Translations under genes and position numbers: made by a program | In this document: positions 1-8,772 of the stretch, one piece after another | Position numbering within the stretch: the first letter of the stretch is position 1 | Layout: every line of letters begins with the position of its first letter | Notes under the pieces: model-generated | Database searches by the model: none | Seen by the model: only the letters and a program-made list of their open reading frames with translations | Told to the model about the DNA's origin: nothing | Origin: an uncultured Pelagibacteraceae bacterium | GTDB taxonomy: Bacteria; Pseudomonadota; Alphaproteobacteria; Pelagibacterales; Pelagibacteraceae | Length of the DNA stretch: 64,000 nt | NCBI GenBank assembly: GCA_902607735.1 | Contig: CACLLG010000002.1 | Location: forward strand, 6,635 to 70,634 | Direction of reading: 5' to 3'

Positions 1-1205
1 AATAATGCAATTGGCGCAGCTTCAATCCATAAAAACCAAACTGCAAATCCTCCAAGGACAGCTCCAAAATTATTTCCACTACCACCCACGATTACCATTA
101 CCCAAATCAAGAATGTATATCGCATTGGTCTATAACTTCCTGGTGTAAATAAACCATCATAAGTTACCATCATTGCTCCAGCGATCCCAACTATTGCTGA
201 ACCAAGAACAAAAATTAAGAGATGCTGCTTAACAACATTTTTTCCCATCGCATTAGCAGCTTCTTCATTATCTCTAATTGCTCTCATCATTCTTCCCCAC
301 GGTGAATAAAGTGCTTTTTGAGTTACAATCAATAAAATTATAACTACAACGGAAAAAAGACCTGCAAAACATAATTTGACAAATACTGTGGATCCCTCGA
401 TTACCAACTGCTTCAGCATTTGCTCTTTCTCTAATGCGTCAGTAATTAAATTCAAAGTACCTTGGTTAAATTTTGCAACTAAATTAATGAACCATTCTTT
501 AGTTTGTAGATCAATCTCATAAGGAACTGGTCTCTTTAAACCAATCACATTTTTAACACCACGAGATAACCAATCTTCGTGTTTTATAACCGCAATTACA
601 ATTTCTGATATGAGTAGTGTTGCTATTGCTAAATAATCCGCTCTTAGTCCTAAAGCAATTTTTCCTATAATGTATGCTAAAGCCCCAGCAAAAAAGGCTC
701 CGACTATCCAAGAAAACATTATTGGAAAACCCATGCCACCTAAAAAACCGGTAGTTGCTGGACTAACAGCTTCAATTGATTCAATTGCTGGTCCAGATAT
801 TAATCTTAAGAGAATTAAACCCACTATTATAACAAGTGCAATTCCATAGTTTCTTTTATTTGATTTGTTGTATTTTTTGGTAATAAAACGAACTCCAAAC
901 ACCATTAAAGCAATTAGAAATGCACACAAAATCATATTCAATCCACCAACCTGCCACGCCTCTTTTACAGGTGGAACTGAAACTAAAACAGCCGCTAAAC
1001 CTCCAAGAGCTGTATAACCCATTATTCCAAAATTTATTAAACCTGCATATCCCCATTGAATATTCGCTCCCATTGTCATAACGGCAGAGATTAAGCACAA
1101 GCATAAAATTGATAATGCTATACTCCAAGACTGCAAAAAACCTACTAAAACTATCAGCCCCAACATTATTAGGTACGCGCTTATTACATTTAAGTTCTGC
1201 TTCAT
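1..1205 (-). CDS. livM: Branched-chain amino acid ABC transporter permease (LivM-type); C-terminal end cut by window edge
   Basis: Absent from the ORF track because there is no stop in the window. Hand translation of the minus strand from ATG 1205-1203 (ATGA overlap with the upstream stop) gives MKQNLNVISAYLIMLGLIVLVGFLQSW... It stays open to position 1, is hydrophobic, and ends ...VMVIVGGSGNNFGAVLGGFAVWFLW, typical of LivH/LivM permeases. Confidence 0.8.
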   Translation of the reverse strand, partial: MKQNLNVISAYLIMLGLIVLVGFLQSWSIALSILCLCLISAVMTMGANIQWGYAGLINFGIMGYTALGGLAAVLVSVPPVKEAWQVGGLNMILCAFLIALMVFGVRFITKKYNKSNKRNYGIALVIIVGLILLRLISGPAIESIEAVSPATTGFLGGMGFPIMFSWIVGAFFAGALAYIIGKIALGLRADYLAIATLLISEIVIAVIKHEDWLSRGVKNVIGLKRPVPYEIDLQTKEWFINLVAKFNQGTLNLITDALEKEQMLKQLVIEGSTVFVKLCFAGLFSVVVIILLIVTQKALYSPWGRMMRAIRDNEEAANAMGKNVVKQHLLIFVLGSAIVGIAGAMMVTYDGLFTPGSYRPMRYTFLIWVMVIVGGSGNNFGAVLGGFAVWFLWIEAAPIAL

Positions 1206-2221
1206 AAAACTTTTCCTTTAAAAATTCCAGAAGGTCTAAATAATAAAACTACAACTAAAATTGAAAATGAAACTGCAAATTTGTAATCTGTTGATAGTAA
1301 TTGTAATAAACTGTCAGGTTCTAAACTTTCTGGAAGAATATAAATAAAAAACTTTCTATATGCATAGGTCACGAGTATTTCTGAAAAAGCAATAACATAA
1401 CCTCCTAAAAAAGCTCCGAAAGGATTTCCTATTCCCCCTACAATTGCTGCTGCAAATATTGGCAGCATATTGTTAAAGTAAGTAAATGGTTTAAAACTTT
1501 TATCTAAACCATAGAGAGTTCCACCAATCGTTGCCAAAACTGCTGCTATTATCCAAGTGATCATAACTACTTTTTTTGGATCTATACCAGATAGCAGCGC
1601 CAAATCTTCGTTATCTGAATAAGCACGCATACTTTTTCCAGTTTTTGTTTTGTTTAAGAACCAAAATAAAATAGACACAACTATAATTGTAACTAATAAG
1701 GTGATAACTTGAGTTGATTTAATAGTTAATCCTTCGTTTAAACCTGTCATTTCTTTAAACTCATTTGCCTTTAAAATAAATTTTTCGCCATCAAAAAATC
1801 TTCTGTCAAAAGGCCCAATAATTATTCTTACAATAGCTTGGGTAACAAACATTGTGCCGATACTTACCATTGCAAGTTGAACTGGTGGGCTTTTCTTCGT
1901 ACGATAATAACTAAAGACTAATTTATCCTTAAAAAGAACATACAATGTTGTAATAATTATTGCGAAAGGAATGGCAAGTAAGGCTGTTGGAAATATGCCA
2001 AGACTAATACCTATTGATTGAAAATACCATGTAAATAAAATCGTAAACATGGTTCCAAATGACATTAGGTCTCCAGCTGTAAAATAAGCAAATCTTAAAA
2101 TTCCATAAATTAAAGAAACAAAAATGGCGCCTAAGGCTAACTGAGAACCATAGGATAAAGCTGGTACGAATATGTAATTTAAAAGTAAAACTATTGCATT
2201 TATAATATCCATATTACCCAC
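1202..2221 (-). CDS. livH: Branched-chain amino acid ABC transporter permease (LivH-type)
   Basis: 339 aa multi-TM ORF. C-terminal IVGGIGNPFGAFLGGYVIAF motif of the LivH family. Overlaps both neighbours, consistent with an operon. Confidence 0.85.
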   Translation of the reverse strand: MGNMDIINAIVLLLNYIFVPALSYGSQLALGAIFVSLIYGILRFAYFTAGDLMSFGTMFTILFTWYFQSIGISLGIFPTALLAIPFAIIITTLYVLFKDKLVFSYYRTKKSPPVQLAMVSIGTMFVTQAIVRIIIGPFDRRFFDGEKFILKANEFKEMTGLNEGLTIKSTQVITLLVTIIVVSILFWFLNKTKTGKSMRAYSDNEDLALLSGIDPKKVVMITWIIAAVLATIGGTLYGLDKSFKPFTYFNNMLPIFAAAIVGGIGNPFGAFLGGYVIAFSEILVTYAYRKFFIYILPESLEPDSLLQLLSTDYKFAVSFSILVVVLLFRPSGIFKGKVL

Positions 2222-2918
2222 CTAAAAATGACCTTCTAACTTCAGGATCATTTAATAATTCTTTTCCAGTACCAGAAAATTTATTTTCTCCAGTTACTAA
2301 GACATATCCTCTGTCTGCGATGCTTAGAGCCTGTTTTGCATTTTGTTCAACCATTATGATTGCTACGTTTGTTTTTTTAACTTTTAATATATGGTCAAAT
2401 AATTCATCCATTACTATTGGCGAAACACCAGCTGTCGGTTCATCAAGCATCAATACAGAAGGTTTGGTCATTAAAGCTCTACCCAAGGCTACTTGTTGTC
2501 TTTGGCCGCCTGATAATTCTCCAACAATTTGAGCTTTTTTTTCTTTTAAAACCGGAAACAATGCAAAAATTTCTTCGATAATTTCTTCGATGCGTTCTTC
2601 TCTTAAAAAAGCACCCATTTCTAAATTTTCTTGTACACTTAATCCAGTAAAAACATTTCTACTTTGGGGTACAAATGATATTCCTTCTTTGACTCTATCT
2701 TGTGGTGTTAATTTTGATATATCTTTTCCATCAATAAAAATTTTTCCTGATTTAAGATTTAATAAACCAAGCATTGCCTTCATTGCAGTGGATTTTCCTG
2801 CTCCATTAGGTCCAAGGATAGCAACGATTTCGCCTCTATTTACAGTAATTGTGCAGGAGGTGATTATGTCTGCTCCTCCATAACCACCGGTCATATTTTC
2901 ACCAGAGAAAAAAGTCAT
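2214..2918 (-). CDS. livF: ABC transporter ATP-binding protein (LivF-type)
   Basis: 234 aa. Walker A GPNGAGKST, signature LSGGQRQ, Walker B LMLDEP. Size typical of LivF. Confidence 0.85.
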   Translation of the reverse strand: MTFFSGENMTGGYGGADIITSCTITVNRGEIVAILGPNGAGKSTAMKAMLGLLNLKSGKIFIDGKDISKLTPQDRVKEGISFVPQSRNVFTGLSVQENLEMGAFLREERIEEIIEEIFALFPVLKEKKAQIVGELSGGQRQQVALGRALMTKPSVLMLDEPTAGVSPIVMDELFDHILKVKKTNVAIIMVEQNAKQALSIADRGYVLVTGENKFSGTGKELLNDPEVRRSFLGG

Positions 2919-3715
2919 TAAATAGCTCCGTTTCTAGTCTTAGAACCTCTTCCAAGATAGCTTTCTATTACTTGTTCATTATTTTTTACCTCGTCTGAAG
3001 TTCCTTTAAACAAAACGGATCCCTCTGACATAACGATTACTGGATTACAGAGTCTACTTATAAAATCCATATCATGTTCAATCATACAAAAAGTATAACC
3101 TTTTTCTTTATTTAGTCTTAAAATTGCGCTTCCAATATCTTTTAGTAAAGTTCTATTTACTCCTGCCCCAACTTCATCAAGCAAAACTAATTTAGCATCA
3201 ACCATCATAGTTCTGCCAAGTTCTAATAATTTTTTTTGTCCTCCTGATAAATTGCCAGCCAGTTCCTTAGACAACTGAGTAAGATTTAAAAATTCAATTA
3301 CTTCAAGAGCTTTTTCTTTAATTTTTTTTTCTTCTTTATTTACAATTTTTGAACTAAATAAAGCATTGGTTAATTTTTCTCCAGACTGTTTGCCTGGAAC
3401 CATCATTAAATTTTCTAAGACAGTAAGATTAGTAAATTCGTGTGCAATCTGAAAAGTTCTGAGTAAACCTTTTGAAAATAATTCATACGAAGGTATTCCA
3501 GTTATATTTTCGCCCTGAAATAATACACTTCCATCCGAAGGCATTAAATTACCCGCAATTAAATTAAACAAAGTTGTTTTTCCTGATCCATTGGGACCAA
3601 TTATTCCAGTGATGGAACCTTTTTTAATTTTAAGTGAACATTTTGATACAGCGGCTAATCCTCCAAAATATTTGGAAAGATTATCCACTTGTAAAATATT
3701 TAAATCTTGCTCCAT
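2918..3715 (-). CDS. livG: ABC transporter ATP-binding protein (LivG-type)
   Basis: 265 aa. Walker A GPNGSGKTT, signature LSGGQKK, Walker B LLDEVGAG. Length typical of LivG. Confidence 0.85.
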   Translation of the reverse strand: MEQDLNILQVDNLSKYFGGLAAVSKCSLKIKKGSITGIIGPNGSGKTTLFNLIAGNLMPSDGSVLFQGENITGIPSYELFSKGLLRTFQIAHEFTNLTVLENLMMVPGKQSGEKLTNALFSSKIVNKEEKKIKEKALEVIEFLNLTQLSKELAGNLSGGQKKLLELGRTMMVDAKLVLLDEVGAGVNRTLLKDIGSAILRLNKEKGYTFCMIEHDMDFISRLCNPVIVMSEGSVLFKGTSDEVKNNEQVIESYLGRGSKTRNGAI

Positions 3716-3719
3716 AAAA

Positions 3720-4490
3720 TTATGCTTTATTTAATCTTTTTAAAATATTGTTAAGAGATTTTTCCAAAGATTTGTAAAAGCCAGATCGTCTAAGTTCTTT
3801 AACTCCTTGCTCGTTAAGTCCTCCTGGAGTTTGAGATTCTGAAACTAAATATTTTAAATGTTTTTTTGAATTGACTACCGAATCTTCTGATAAGGCTACA
3901 AACAATGAAGTAATATATTTTTGAGCTTCATTTCTTTTAATTCCTTTTTTAGACAACCAATCTGATAAAACTTTTAATATTTCATAAAAAGGAGCCATCA
4001 TTCCTGAGGTGGCCCAGAAATTTTTTGATGATTTTTCACTTCGAATTTCGATTGTTGTGCCAATTTTATCAAAAAAGTTTTTTACTTGCTTATCCGGTGG
4101 AAAAATTGGAACCGGCCCCTTCCCTAGCGAAATTGGTGGTAATGGTATAGCCCTAACAATTTTTGCCCTTCTCTTAACTATTTTTTTTAGTTGAGCTAAA
4201 TTAATTGTAGAAATAAAACTAATAATCTTTTGATTAGATCTAAAATTTAATTTTTGTAATATTTTTGAACCTACTTTTGGTGTTACAGCTAAAAAAACCC
4301 AATTACATTTATCAACAATTTCTTGATTAGTTTTTCCAATATTAACTTTTCTAAATCTTTTTTTTAATTTTTGAGCTATATTTCTATTTCTTGGCGAAAC
4401 AAAAATTTTTTGAAAGGAAATCTTTGAAGTGCAAATTCCAGTTACAACTGATAGAGTAATTTTTCCAGTTCCTATAAATCCTAACTTCAT
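3720..4490 (-). CDS. Pyrroline-5-carboxylate reductase family protein (ProC-like NAD(P) oxidoreductase)
   Basis: 256 aa. N-terminal Rossmann motif LGFIGTGKI and C-terminal SQTPGGLNEQG resembling the ProC dimerisation-domain motif. Lies 4 nt upstream of livG. Confidence 0.6.
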   Translation of the reverse strand: MKLGFIGTGKITLSVVTGICTSKISFQKIFVSPRNRNIAQKLKKRFRKVNIGKTNQEIVDKCNWVFLAVTPKVGSKILQKLNFRSNQKIISFISTINLAQLKKIVKRRAKIVRAIPLPPISLGKGPVPIFPPDKQVKNFFDKIGTTIEIRSEKSSKNFWATSGMMAPFYEILKVLSDWLSKKGIKRNEAQKYITSLFVALSEDSVVNSKKHLKYLVSESQTPGGLNEQGVKELRRSGFYKSLEKSLNNILKRLNKA

Positions 4491-4630
4491 GATGAAATGA
4501 AGAATATAGAAGCCCTACCCTTAAATAAAGAGAATTTTAAAGATCTATTTTCGCTAAACTTTTTAATCATCTTAGTTATTTATTTTACTAGTGTCTTGGC
4601 AAATTTATAGAAGCTTTAAAAAATCTTAAA

Positions 4631-5005
4631 CTAAATACCTTTTTCAATATTTGAGTAAATAACAGACTTATCAACTTGACCAAGAGTTCTAGAAACTTCT
4701 GCGCTTCCTTTATAAACAAGAATTGTGCTTCTATGATCAATTTTTAAATATTTGCCAATATCTTTCATTTTTGGATGGTTATAGTATAAAAACAAAACGT
4801 CTTTAAAATCCTTTTCCGCTTGATCAAGCACAACTTTTTGCCTTTTGCATGTTCCACAGTACTTGTTCCATGCCGTTACTACAACGGTTTTTCCATTTTT
4901 TTTAGCTTCTTCAAATGTATCAATCGTAAAATTTAATTTCTGATTTTCAGCAGAAAAAGCGTTTGTGCATATTAATAAGAAAATAATTACGAGAATTTTT
5001 TTCAT
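4631..5005 (-). CDS. Secreted thioredoxin-fold protein (CxxC)
   Basis: 124 aa. Signal-peptide-like N-terminus MKKILVIIFLLICTNAFSA and a W-x-x-x-CGTC redox motif. Confidence 0.65.
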   Translation of the reverse strand: MKKILVIIFLLICTNAFSAENQKLNFTIDTFEEAKKNGKTVVVTAWNKYCGTCKRQKVVLDQAEKDFKDVLFLYYNHPKMKDIGKYLKIDHRSTILVYKGSAEVSRTLGQVDKSVIYSNIEKGI

Positions 5006-5007
5006 TA

Positions 5008-5421
5008 TTACATATATATTTTATCAGCAAGACCGTAACAAAGAATAGCGCTTAAAATTGTAAAAACTAGTGGTGCAATAACCCCTTCGTTTGAATCGTT
5101 TTTTATTCCTGTCTTGTCAATTTTAATTGAGTAAGTATTTACAATGAAGATACAAAGATTTTGTACAAAAATTAAATTAAAAAATGCCCAAGTACCTTCT
5201 ACTCCTCCAGGTCTAATGAACATAATGTAAAGAGCCATTAATAATGCTCCAAGAAACGAAGCACCTATCATTCGCATTATAGGTGTTGCTGTTTCGTCCA
5301 TTTCAAATTTAGCTCTAAAATTTTTGTTATTAATTATCATTTGATAAGCATAAACTCCGAAACCTAAAAAATGAATTATGAAAACTGCTAAATAAATTAT
5401 TCCGTTAAATTGTTCTATCAT
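5008..5421 (-). CDS. Hypothetical integral membrane protein (about 4 TM)
   Basis: 137 aa hydrophobic ORF, tightly packed with its neighbours. No family recognised. Confidence 0.5.
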   Translation of the reverse strand: MIEQFNGIIYLAVFIIHFLGFGVYAYQMIINNKNFRAKFEMDETATPIMRMIGASFLGALLMALYIMFIRPGGVEGTWAFFNLIFVQNLCIFIVNTYSIKIDKTGIKNDSNEGVIAPLVFTILSAILCYGLADKIYM

Positions 5422-5449
5422 TTTTATGATCCTTTCTTATTATTAATCT

Positions 5450-5746
5450 TTATAGATTAACTTTACTCAATTCATACATTTGAACAACTTCGATACATTC
5501 ATCGAAAATAGGTTTTGCTATTGGGTTATTACCTGAAGCAAACTTCTTCATTTCTTCCTCATTATGAACTGAGACTTTAAACATAACATAACTTTTGTCT
5601 GGTGCTATTGCTGGAACTGTTTTTTCAACATGAGCAATAGTTTTTCTTACTGCCATTCCTTCATCTGATTGCATAAATCCCATGAACTTTTCAAATTTTC
5701 CTTCACCAGATTTAAGTTTTGCTATTGCAAGCATTTCTTTTTCCAT
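5450..5746 (-). CDS. Hypothetical small soluble protein
   Basis: Start re-set to the internal ATG at 5746-5744 (MEKEMLAIAKL...), which is preceded by a strong SD-like AAGGGGGAGA. The longer ORF-track start adds a hydrophobic leader with no RBS. Confidence 0.5.
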   Translation of the reverse strand: MEKEMLAIAKLKSGEGKFEKFMGFMQSDEGMAVRKTIAHVEKTVPAIAPDKSYVMFKVSVHNEEEMKKFASGNNPIAKPIFDECIEVVQMYELSKVNL

Positions 5747-5812
5747 ATTATCTCCCCCTTGTTTGATAATTAATGTTGTAAAAATTATAGCTAATCTCAT
5801 ATAATTAGCTAG

Positions 5813-6070
5813 ATGAAAAAAGTAGTCATTTATACTGGTGATCTATGCATACATTGTGACTGGGCAATAGATTTATTAAATAGAAAAAAAATTGAATTTA
5901 CAGAACACAATATTGCGGAAGATTCGGAAAGAAGAGAAGAAATGTTAAAAAAATCGAATGGGGCCAAAACTGTACCTCAAATATTTATTGGAGACCATCA
6001 TATTGGGGGTAACAGAGAACTTCAGGCGCTAGAAAAAGATGGAAAGCTTAATTCTCTTTTAGAAATTTAA
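5813..6070 (+). CDS. Glutaredoxin (atypical CIHC active site)
   Basis: 85 aa. C-I-H-C at the Grx active-site position, TVPQIFIGDHHIGG and a GG-x-x-L motif of class I glutaredoxins. Confidence 0.8.
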   Translation: MKKVVIYTGDLCIHCDWAIDLLNRKKIEFTEHNIAEDSERREEMLKKSNGAKTVPQIFIGDHHIGGNRELQALEKDGKLNSLLEI

Positions 6071-6072
6071 TT

Positions 6073-7041
6073 ATGAAAAATAAAATTTACATTATACATG
6101 AGAATGACGAATGGATAGAACCATTAAGAAAGGAATTGAAAAATATAAATGCTCCTTTTGAAGAATGGCATTTAGGAAGAGGAAATGTCGATCATTTAGA
6201 TAAACCTCCTAAAGGTGTTTTTTATAACAGAATGAGCGCAAGTTCACATACTAGAGGACATAGATATGCCCCAGAATACACTGCTGTCGTTTTAAACTGG
6301 TTAGAAAAAAACAACAGAAGAGTCATTAACAATTCAAGAGCATTAAGTTTAGAAATTAGTAAATCTCTTCAATATAAAGAGTTAGAAAAGTATGGGATTA
6401 AGACACCCAAAACAATTTATTGTAGTAATAAAGAAAGTATTCTTAAATCTGCAAACACATTTCATGAACCTTTTATAACCAAACACAACAGAGCCGGTAA
6501 AGGGTTGGGCGTTAAATTATTTAACAATAAAAAAGAATTAGATTCATACGTAAGTAGCAAAGATTTTGAACCTTCTATTGATGGAATAACACTTCTTCAA
6601 GAATATATAAATGCTAAGCCTAAAGTTATAAATAGAGTAGAATTTGTAAATTCTAAATTTTTATATACGGTCGAAGTTGATGCCTCAGAAGGATTCGAGT
6701 TGTGTCCAGCATGCCCAGAAGATCAAATCGATGAACCAGAAACTCAATTCTTCGGTGAATTTTGTCCAACTATTGGAAATAAATTTAGAATAATAAAAAA
6801 TTACAAAAGAGGTTCGCTTATAGATAAATATGAAAAATTTATTTCTGAAAATGGAATTGAAATAGCAGGTATTGAATATATTGTTGACAAAAATGGTGAA
6901 ATTTATACATACGATGTCAATACAAATACCAATTATAATTCACAAGCCGAAAAAAAATCTGAAATACAAGGAATGAAATCAATAGCAGAATTTTTAAAAG
7001 AAGAACTTTTGCTTTTAAGTAATATTAAGGTTGTTGCTTAA
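6073..7041 (+). CDS. ATP-grasp domain protein (RimK/glutathione-synthetase-like ligase)
   Basis: 322 aa. KHNRAGKGLGV (ATP-grasp Lys/Gly-rich loop), LLQEYI, and a C-terminal E-x-N-like region (IEYIVDKNGEIYTYDVNTNTNYN). Starts 2 nt after grx. Confidence 0.6.
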   Translation: MKNKIYIIHENDEWIEPLRKELKNINAPFEEWHLGRGNVDHLDKPPKGVFYNRMSASSHTRGHRYAPEYTAVVLNWLEKNNRRVINNSRALSLEISKSLQYKELEKYGIKTPKTIYCSNKESILKSANTFHEPFITKHNRAGKGLGVKLFNNKKELDSYVSSKDFEPSIDGITLLQEYINAKPKVINRVEFVNSKFLYTVEVDASEGFELCPACPEDQIDEPETQFFGEFCPTIGNKFRIIKNYKRGSLIDKYEKFISENGIEIAGIEYIVDKNGEIYTYDVNTNTNYNSQAEKKSEIQGMKSIAEFLKEELLLLSNIKVVA

Positions 7042-7042
7042 T

Positions 7043-7399
7043 TTATTTTTTTTTTGGAACAAACACTAAACTTAGGCCATTGTTACAATATCTTTTTCCA
7101 GTTGGTTGAGGGCCATCATCAAATATATGACCATGGTGACCGCCACATTTCTTACAATGATACTCGGTTCTTGGTGAACCAGTTAAATTATCAATTTTCG
7201 TTTCGAATACATTAGGTAATGATTCAAAAAAAGATGGCCATCCACTTCCACTTTCATATTTTTTCTTTGATTCAAAAAGTTTAGTGTCACATGATGCACA
7301 AAAATAATCTCCTTCCCTTTTTTCATCATTTAGAGAACTGGATCCTGGAGCTTCTGTACCCTCTTCGTATAAAATATGTTTTTGTTCTTCGGTTAACAT
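7043..7399 (-). CDS. msrB: Peptide-methionine (R)-S-oxide reductase
   Basis: 118 aa. Two CxxC pairs (CASC, CKKC), GWPSF, HGHIFDDGP and RYCNNG motifs of MsrB. Confidence 0.9.
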   Translation of the reverse strand: MLTEEQKHILYEEGTEAPGSSSLNDEKREGDYFCASCDTKLFESKKKYESGSGWPSFFESLPNVFETKIDNLTGSPRTEYHCKKCGGHHGHIFDDGPQPTGKRYCNNGLSLVFVPKKK

Positions 7400-7400
7400 T

Positions 7401-7871
7401 CTAAATTTCTTCTATAAAATTCTCCGCCGCTGTAAGTTCGCATTTTCCTTCTTCTACCACTAACTTTTTTACAATTCCGTTTTCTAGTAGCATTGTGTAT
7501 CTTTTTGATCGCGGCCCCCATCCTCTCCAATTAAATTCGGCTCCTATACTTTTAGTAAAATCTCCTTTTGCATCAGCTAGTAAAGTTAATTGATCTTTTA
7601 AATTATAACTTTTTCCCCAGGCTTCCATTACAAAAGGATCATTGATTGAAATACAAAATATTTTTTTAATATTTTTACTTTTTAGTTGTTCAGCAAATTT
7701 TAAAAAGCTTGGCAAATGCTTATTTGAACAAGTGGGTGTAAACGCACCAGGTAAACCAAATAGAATTACTCTGTCATTATTTAAAATTTCTTTCGTGGAT
7801 ATTTCTTTATGTTCTTTATCTAAAATAATTACTTTTGAATCAGGAAGTTTCTCGCCTTCTTTAATCCTCAT
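7401..7871 (-). CDS. Peroxiredoxin (Prx5/PrxD-type)
   Basis: 156 aa. LPGAFTPTCS peroxidatic-Cys motif. Confidence 0.85.
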   Translation of the reverse strand: MRIKEGEKLPDSKVIILDKEHKEISTKEILNNDRVILFGLPGAFTPTCSNKHLPSFLKFAEQLKSKNIKKIFCISINDPFVMEAWGKSYNLKDQLTLLADAKGDFTKSIGAEFNWRGWGPRSKRYTMLLENGIVKKLVVEEGKCELTAAENFIEEI

Positions 7872-8770
7872 GTACGCCGCCCTTTAGAAGATAAAATAAT
7901 ACCTACAATTATCAATATGGCCCCAATTAAATGAAAAATCATAAATTCTTCACCAAATATTAATATTGCCATTATTGTACTAAAAATTGGCATTAAATGT
8001 AAAAATATTCCTGATCTATTGGCACCAATTATTGCTATGCCTTTAATCCAGCAAATAAATGAAGCTAAACCAGGAAATAATACAACATATGCCAGCGTAA
8101 GAACGAAAGGCTTCTCTAAGGTTACGTAATACCCTTGGCTCATCTCCACTAAATAAATTGGTAGTAAACAGAGCAGACCTGAACTTATAATTATTTGTAG
8201 GAGGGAAAATTGTGATAATTCTAATTTTTTCTTTTTTAATAAAGCGGAATAAAGTGCCCACGAAAGCATTGCTATTATTATTGATAAATCACCCTTATTA
8301 AATCTTAGCTCTCTAATCTTTTCCTCATTAATTTGTGTAATTATCGCTATCACACCAAGCATAGAAAATAAGACTCCCATTATTTGATAAAAATTTGTTT
8401 TTTCAATTTTTAACAAAGATGAAAAAAAAATGATCATAACTGGAATCGTAGATATCATTAAAACACCACTTATTACTTGAGTAAACTGTAATGAATAATA
8501 AACTATAGAGTTAAATAATGTGATACTGGTAATTCCTAAAATAAAAATATATTTTAAATTGCTTAGCACGTGTGATCTCATTCTATAAATTTCTTTTAGT
8601 GTAAAGGGTGCTAATATTAACCAAGCAAATAACCACCTATAAAAATTTAGAGTGAATGGAGGTATATCAAATGAGCTTGCTGCTTTTCCTACAATAAAAT
8701 TGCCTGACCAAAATAAAGTGGCAAGTATAAGAAAAATATATGCGCTATTATTTTTTGAAATCAGAATGAT
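7868..8770 (-). CDS. EamA/DMT-family transporter; true N-terminus upstream of the ORF-track ATG, non-canonical start
   Basis: The ORF track gives 237 aa from ATG 8581. The same frame stays open for 65 more codons (8582-8776), up to an in-frame TAG at 8777-8779. These read ...ISKNNSAYIFLILATLFWSGNFIVGKAASSFDIPPFTLNFYRWLFAWLILAPFTLKEIYR, a textbook EamA TM1-TM2. Only ATC/ATT/CTG codons are available as a start (8759-8770). Confidence 0.75.
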   Translation of the reverse strand: MILISKNNSAYIFLILATLFWSGNFIVGKAASSFDIPPFTLNFYRWLFAWLILAPFTLKEIYRMRSHVLSNLKYIFILGITSITLFNSIVYYSLQFTQVISGVLMISTIPVMIIFFSSLLKIEKTNFYQIMGVLFSMLGVIAIITQINEEKIRELRFNKGDLSIIIAMLSWALYSALLKKKKLELSQFSLLQIIISSGLLCLLPIYLVEMSQGYYVTLEKPFVLTLAYVVLFPGLASFICWIKGIAIIGANRSGIFLHLMPIFSTIMAILIFGEEFMIFHLIGAILIIVGIILSSKGRRT

Positions 8771-8772
8771 AC

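Noticed and set aside
856-1128. 90 aa minus-strand ORF from the track
   Set aside because: It lies in a different frame inside the LivM-type permease gene, which reads cleanly from 1205 to the window edge. Its sequence is Cys/Trp/Phe-rich and not protein-like.
5747-5800. 18-codon N-terminal extension of the 116 aa ORF
   Set aside because: The internal ATG at 5746 has a strong SD-like GGGGGAGA upstream, whereas the extension has none.
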